Positions 62,069 through 64,000 of a stretch of 64,000 nt of DNA are shown piece by piece. Position numbers and translations under genes: made by a program. The stretch comes from Podarcis tiliguerta (taxonomy: Eukaryota): NCBI GenBank assembly GCA_965153285.1, contig OZ229113.1; one strand, written 5' to 3'. Position 1 is the first letter of the stretch; the number at the start of each line of letters is the position of its first letter. The notes below the pieces were generated by a model. That model saw nothing but the letters and a program-made list of their open reading frames with translations, did not search any database and had not been told where the DNA came from.

Positions 62069-64000
62069 CTTATTAGGACATCAGAGAAGGTTCTCACATG
62101 TTCAAAAATGTAACAGCTGCCAGGGAGGGGGAAGGAACAGAGGCAGGAAGGGTAACCCTTAATCTTACATCTGAAGTCTCCAAGTGTTTTAAGATTAATA
62201 AACACTCAGCTTTGTCCCACTCACTTTTCATTTGAAGGGTAACCATGTTAGAATCACTACCTCCTCAATATACAATTGGTCTTCCAGTTGGATTTCCCAT
62301 ACATATGGCCGGAAAGCAGCCTGATGAAGAAAGGCAAGAATCACATCTATTGCTTCGCTCACATTCGTTTCTGGCCACGCAGGCTAATAAAAGGTGTGCC
62401 CGTCATGTCCTAAATAGAGGCATGGGCAGACCTGGATTTGGGAATGATGTTGTAAATATAGAAACCACCGTTCTTTTCAGCAAAGTGTAGTGGGCTGACA
62501 AAAGACAATTTCCTTAAGAGATATGTCAGAGTGATTCAGAGTAGCCATATAATGCCATCCCATCAATCCCATCAAACCAATAGTGGCATGTTTTCCTTTT
62601 TCCTTTTTCCTTTTTTAACATCATGTATTTAAATTTAGCAGTAAAAAGTGCACTGCATAGTTTAGCAGCAGCAGCAGCGCATTGCTTTAAAACATGGCAA
62701 TAGAACGTTTTATTCATGACCTTTTATACTGACTGTTGTGAGTTCCATTTCAGCACTCCCTAATTAAAAGCAAAATAATTTAGGGCTTGCAAGTGATTTA
62801 CCTATTGAACAAGACTGCAAAATATTCATGGGCCTTGGTGGTGATACCTAACCTCCTTTGAAATCAATGGGACTCGAGTTAGTCATGACTAATTTATTCT
62901 ATTTGATTCATTCTGTGTTTTTAACTAATATATTCATTCATTCATATGTAACTGAAAATGCCATCTCATGCACGGAGGAGGTCATGCCTTTTTAAGTTGG
63001 TTTCTGTCATCTGCAGCTTTTATAAGCAATTGTTTTAAAATAATTGTACATTTTAAAACAATCTGCTGATGCTAAGAAAAAAATATGCGTGTTTCTTTTA
63101 GACAATCAATGCTTTAAATTGATTATTCAACAAAACACTCAGCAACTAGCTTCAGTTTGGCTTCGCCTCAGCTGACTTTGTCTGAAACTGGCTCATCAAA
63201 TATATCTGTGGCTCTACAATATTGTTCCTCTGAATGCAGGTCATCAGAATATCGGAAGTTGTATGCCTCCGAAAACCAGCTGCTGGGGCTCACAAGCAGG
63301 AGACAGGCCTATAGGCTGGCCCCTCTTACGTTCTTAATGCCAAATGAACAAATGAAAAGTGAATGGGACAAAGCTACAACTCTGCAAAGTCACTATGGTA
63401 TAAGCACTGAACTTGGAATTGATCCATGTAGATTCTTCAAATCCTGTTAAGCTGAAAGATTCACTTACAGCCTTCGGGAAAATAATTTCAACAAGGCCTC
63501 AGGTTCCTGGCTATTCAATGAGAATTATAAAAGCCTACTTAACAAGACTGTTTCAATGAAGATGGAAAGGCTGCAATCCACCAGAGCCCTTCTTTGAAAA
63601 GGATTCATATCTAATGCAGGGGTGAGAAACCCCAGGTCTGGTGCCAAATGTGTCCCCTCCCCCCACCACCCTATCTGTCTGTAAGAATTCTCCTTAGGCC
63701 ACTCCTCTCACTGACCCCAAAGTGTCTGTAATGTGTCCTTGACCTCTGATAATGCCTCTTTCTTCTCTGGATGGAGAACAGAGGCAGTGGTGACTGGTGA
63801 CCAATGGAAATGGCAGGTCAGAAGGCTAGGAGACCAATCAGGTAGAGCCTGAGCCAATGACAGGCCAAGCCACCCACTGACTAGTTTTATAAAAAGACAA
63901 GCAGGTAGCGGGGTGCTGGCTAAGGGCAAACTAAGGTTGGTGGGGCAGTGCCTCATTTGCACTAGTGGGTCGACCTCATCTGGAAAGAGATGTGTTTAGT

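Noticed and set aside
62315-62340. CTGATGA...GAAA hammerhead-like core (also CTGATGA at ~5564 and ~5582)
   Set aside because: No stem II/III or properly placed cleavage triplet.

Overview
This is eukaryotic non-coding DNA. The repeat content (Sauria/Squam1 SINEs, Squam3-like SINEs, CR1, L2, RTE and Penelope remnants, hAT and Tc1/mariner MITEs) points to a squamate reptile, most likely a lacertid lizard; this assignment is inferred from repeat families recognised by eye. I can identify no host protein-coding gene. The only recognisable peptides in the ORF track are decayed LINE ORF2 fragments. The window looks like a long intron or gene desert, with many nested TEs separated by repeat-poor stretches that may be conserved regulatory elements. 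The most unusual object is a CpG-rich ~780-bp insertion (51032-51814) with no conventional TSD. Its ends resemble a tyrosine-recombinase junction, and it carries three complementary blocks in crossing (pseudoknot) order just upstream of its poly(A) signal. Other notable items are compensatory base changes in a hairpin shared by two related Tc1/mariner MITEs, TTAGGG-bearing hAT MITEs, a chimeric 5S-derived SINE, a dead hammerhead ribozyme and a few candidate orphan exons. Family names come from memory of consensus sequences, not from a database search, and the boundaries of old elements are approximate.
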